A DNA stretch of 64,000 bases from Tubulanus polymorphus (lineage: Eukaryota > Animalia > Nemertea), in NCBI RefSeq assembly GCF_964204645.1, contig NC_134026.1:29732150-29796149 (forward strand). The letters run 5' to 3'. Of this stretch, positions 61,390-64,000 are shown piece after piece. The number at the start of each line of letters is the position of its first letter. Within the stretch, counting starts at the first letter, position 1. The notes below the pieces were generated by a model that made no database searches, was not told the DNA's origin, and saw only the letters and a program-made list of their open reading frames with translations. Both the position numbers and the translations under genes were made by a program.

Positions 61390-63748
61390 TTAATAAAAGA
61401 ATCCCCACATGAAAATGGCAAGAACCATAAGAATGATAGCATTTATATCAGTAAAAGTTTTCCAGCGCGGTTGTTCTTTGATGGATGTGTGATCATCGGG
61501 TAAAACTTGAGGTTCACTTTGATCGCGCATGCGTTCAATGCCACATATCCAGAAAAACGCGCGTTTACAGCAATTCGTTTCGGTACCTGGAAACAAAAAT
61601 ATCAATTCTTGGCAAAAAGAATTTACTGTTTAAATGGCCAAGTATTTGAGAATTTACTGCAATAGGGTCCGATCCTTGTCCGATTTCCCGGGATAAGTTA
61701 GGGCAAGTAGGTTATCATTATCACTTGTCCTCCTCCGGGCAAGTGTAATTCTATGTCTCAAAGCCTTTTCCCACTCGATACAACGGATGATTGTGCCACC
61801 AATCCGGACTGCCTGTGTAGGGCAAGTAGATCTATAAGAGGGCAAGCGAGATACACTTGCCCCACGGGTAAGTGGCTTTCATTCCGCAGATTCGAACCCT
61901 GAGTATCTAATAATACGGATTTCACTTACCAGTGTTTTGTTCTTCAACAACGAGGTGACCTTGACTTCCCGCTACGTTATCAACGGAAGCGGCTGGTGTA
62001 GCTGTTTTTGACGAGCCATAACTATCCACTTCATTGCGCTCAAGATTCTTCTTTTCGGCTTCTTCATCTTCGATATCAGATATATCTAAGCGTTCTCGCG
62101 TTTCGTGTCTTGTCCAAAAGGTTAATCTAACCAACTACAAACGAACAAACAATAATTGTTTAACATATGAATATTTGTATTCGGCACGATTGGCGTTCAA
62201 AATCGAGTCGCGTACCCGATCATCTGGTATCTCTTTAGTAACTAGGCTGATTATCGTTGTAGAAATTGCGACAACGAAAAACAGGATGATACCGAAATGA
62301 AGATAATGAACATCTTTGATAATGGACGGACGTGTGTCTAGATGTTCCTGTCCGCATGGTGGAACGGTGTACGAGAATTCCCAGCCGAATCTGATCATAC
62401 CAGTAACTAATCCGATCATCAATCCCCAGAATGCGCCCTGTAATAGTGATGATGAATACAATTATAGAAATTTTCAAGATAAGTATTCGCCTTTCATTTC
62501 ATGTGCGCAGGTTCGGGATCTTATCAATCTTATCCCAAACATACGCAACGTACATCCAAAATTCCATGCAGCCGAAATGTGGATTTTTGGTAGAACGTAT
62601 ATTTCCTAAGGGCCAATCGCTTTCGTGGATATCACACATATTATAAACAATTAATTGTTCAATACCTGTTCATTAATCCTCTTCCAAAGTACAGCTAACA
62701 CATAAACAGCACAAATAGGAGGAGCGAGATAACTAGTGACGGCTTGAATATAGTGGAATAACTCACTACCAGATTGTACTACTGGAATCCAAGCGATACC
62801 AACACCCACTAATACCAAAACAAACACTCTGTGTAAAAATAAAGTCAAATGTCGAATTTTCTTAAGAGATGTTTTCATTTTGAAAAATTACAATATGTCT
62901 ATTTAAGTATTATACCTTCCAACAATCATAAGTTCCACATCGGACGCATTTTTTCGCATACGTTTCCAAACATCTATGGTGAATATGGTACTTCCGCTGT
63001 TGAAAATGGACGTCAACGACGACATAAGAGCGGCCATCATACATGCCAACATCATTCCACGAGCTCCAACTGGCATCAGTTTCAACACAAGCATCGGATA
63101 TGCAATATCAGAACATCCTCGTTCTTTACCGCAGTATTTCTTACATGACTCAGGATCAGAACAACCAACGGTATCTAAAACACACCACGATCATCCGCAA
63201 ATCAAGCATATAAAAAAATGGGTCTTGTGATTAATGAACCTTTTTAGTTTTACCTGGGAACAGAATACGAGCCATCATTCCTGGGAAGACGAGCAAAAAC
63301 AAAGGTAAGAATTTCAAATATCCCGCTAATATAGTTCCACCTTTAGCATGAGACAGATTCTTCGCGGCCAGCGCTCTTTGAACTATCACCTGAAAACAGA
63401 GACGCAGAAAAATATCGTTACAAAAACACTCGATAACAATTAGTTTCACTAAAATAATATGGGTCTTGTCGAGGTAGTTTGTTACCTTTACTTACATTTT
63501 GGATCCAGGGGATACGAATTAGAATATGTTTATACAAACCTGATCAGAACACCAATACCACACACCAGATACAGTTAAACCAAATATGACTCCTGTCCAC
63601 GGTAGATCAGGAGAATTTACATCACGAAATAGATGAAACGCGTCGGGATTAGCTAATCCACACGCAGTGGTACTATTTAACGAGGTTGTGGGAGCAGATT
63701 CAAAATACTTTAGCGCCAATTGCTGAAAACCGCCAACTTCAACAAAAC
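61390..63748 (-). CDS. Sodium/glucose or inositol cotransporter, SLC5A family; 3' part only, gene continues beyond the window
   Basis: Motifs are [66 protein letters not shown] and RLTFWTR. Confidence 0.95.
61663..61901. mobile_element. Possible non-autonomous hAT-like element in an SLC5A intron
   Basis: The ends TAGGGTCCGA / TCGAACCCTG are imperfect and there are several internal GGGCAAG motifs. No TSD was found. Confidence 0.4.
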
Positions 63749-64000
63749 CTACACAAAATATGATATACGTATAGACTCGAATAGAATTGAAAACTTCCGA
63801 TTGTTTGATAATCGATGATTAGATCTGAATTGTTTAGATTCATTTTGATAGTTCGTGATTGTAAGTATGGGTTGCTGGATGCAATCAAACCTACGTACCT
63901 TGCTCGTGTCATCTGCGGAGATTTGAACTGATTGAAAGGGGTGAATCGAAATAGTACTTACCTCCTATGATAGCGTATTGGGAGTTAATCGTCATATCGT

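Noticed and set aside
11819-63748. MIOX plus SLC5A as an inositol uptake/catabolism cluster
   Set aside because: The genes are about 47 kb apart with many unrelated genes between them, and the transporter's substrate cannot be assigned from the partial sequence.
1-64000. Selenoprotein (in-frame TGA/SECIS) or stop-codon readthrough
   Set aside because: The exons I reconstructed translate without needing an in-frame TGA, and I saw no convincing SECIS by eye. A computational scan was not possible.

Overview
This is gene-dense, AT-rich animal genomic DNA with short GT-AG introns, probably from a non-model invertebrate; the species cannot be determined from the sequence. I recognise 16 protein-coding genes: TRMT44, SUOX, PTER, myosin regulatory light chain, MIOX, PTRH2, ENDOU, a rhodanese-domain gene, MED19, an ERI-family exonuclease-like gene, a receptor PTP, EEF1E1, a KY-like transglutaminase-fold peptidase, SMPD4, a large C2H2 zinc-finger ORF and the 3' part of an SLC5A transporter. 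Several are arranged head-to-head. Two 5'-truncated LINEs are nested just downstream of the PTP stop codon, and many MITE or fold-back repeats sit in introns. The most striking non-coding signal is a pair of small intronic fold-back insertions. Each carries a minimal hammerhead-ribozyme core, a one-sided tail of about 37-38 bp and an exact 14-bp target-site duplication, which fits non-autonomous Penelope-like retroelements. Also notable are an intragenic PTP duplication giving two transmembrane exons, an ERI3-like protein lacking catalytic residues, and a rhodanese of a bacterial-looking type. Exon boundaries were read by eye and are approximate unless stated.
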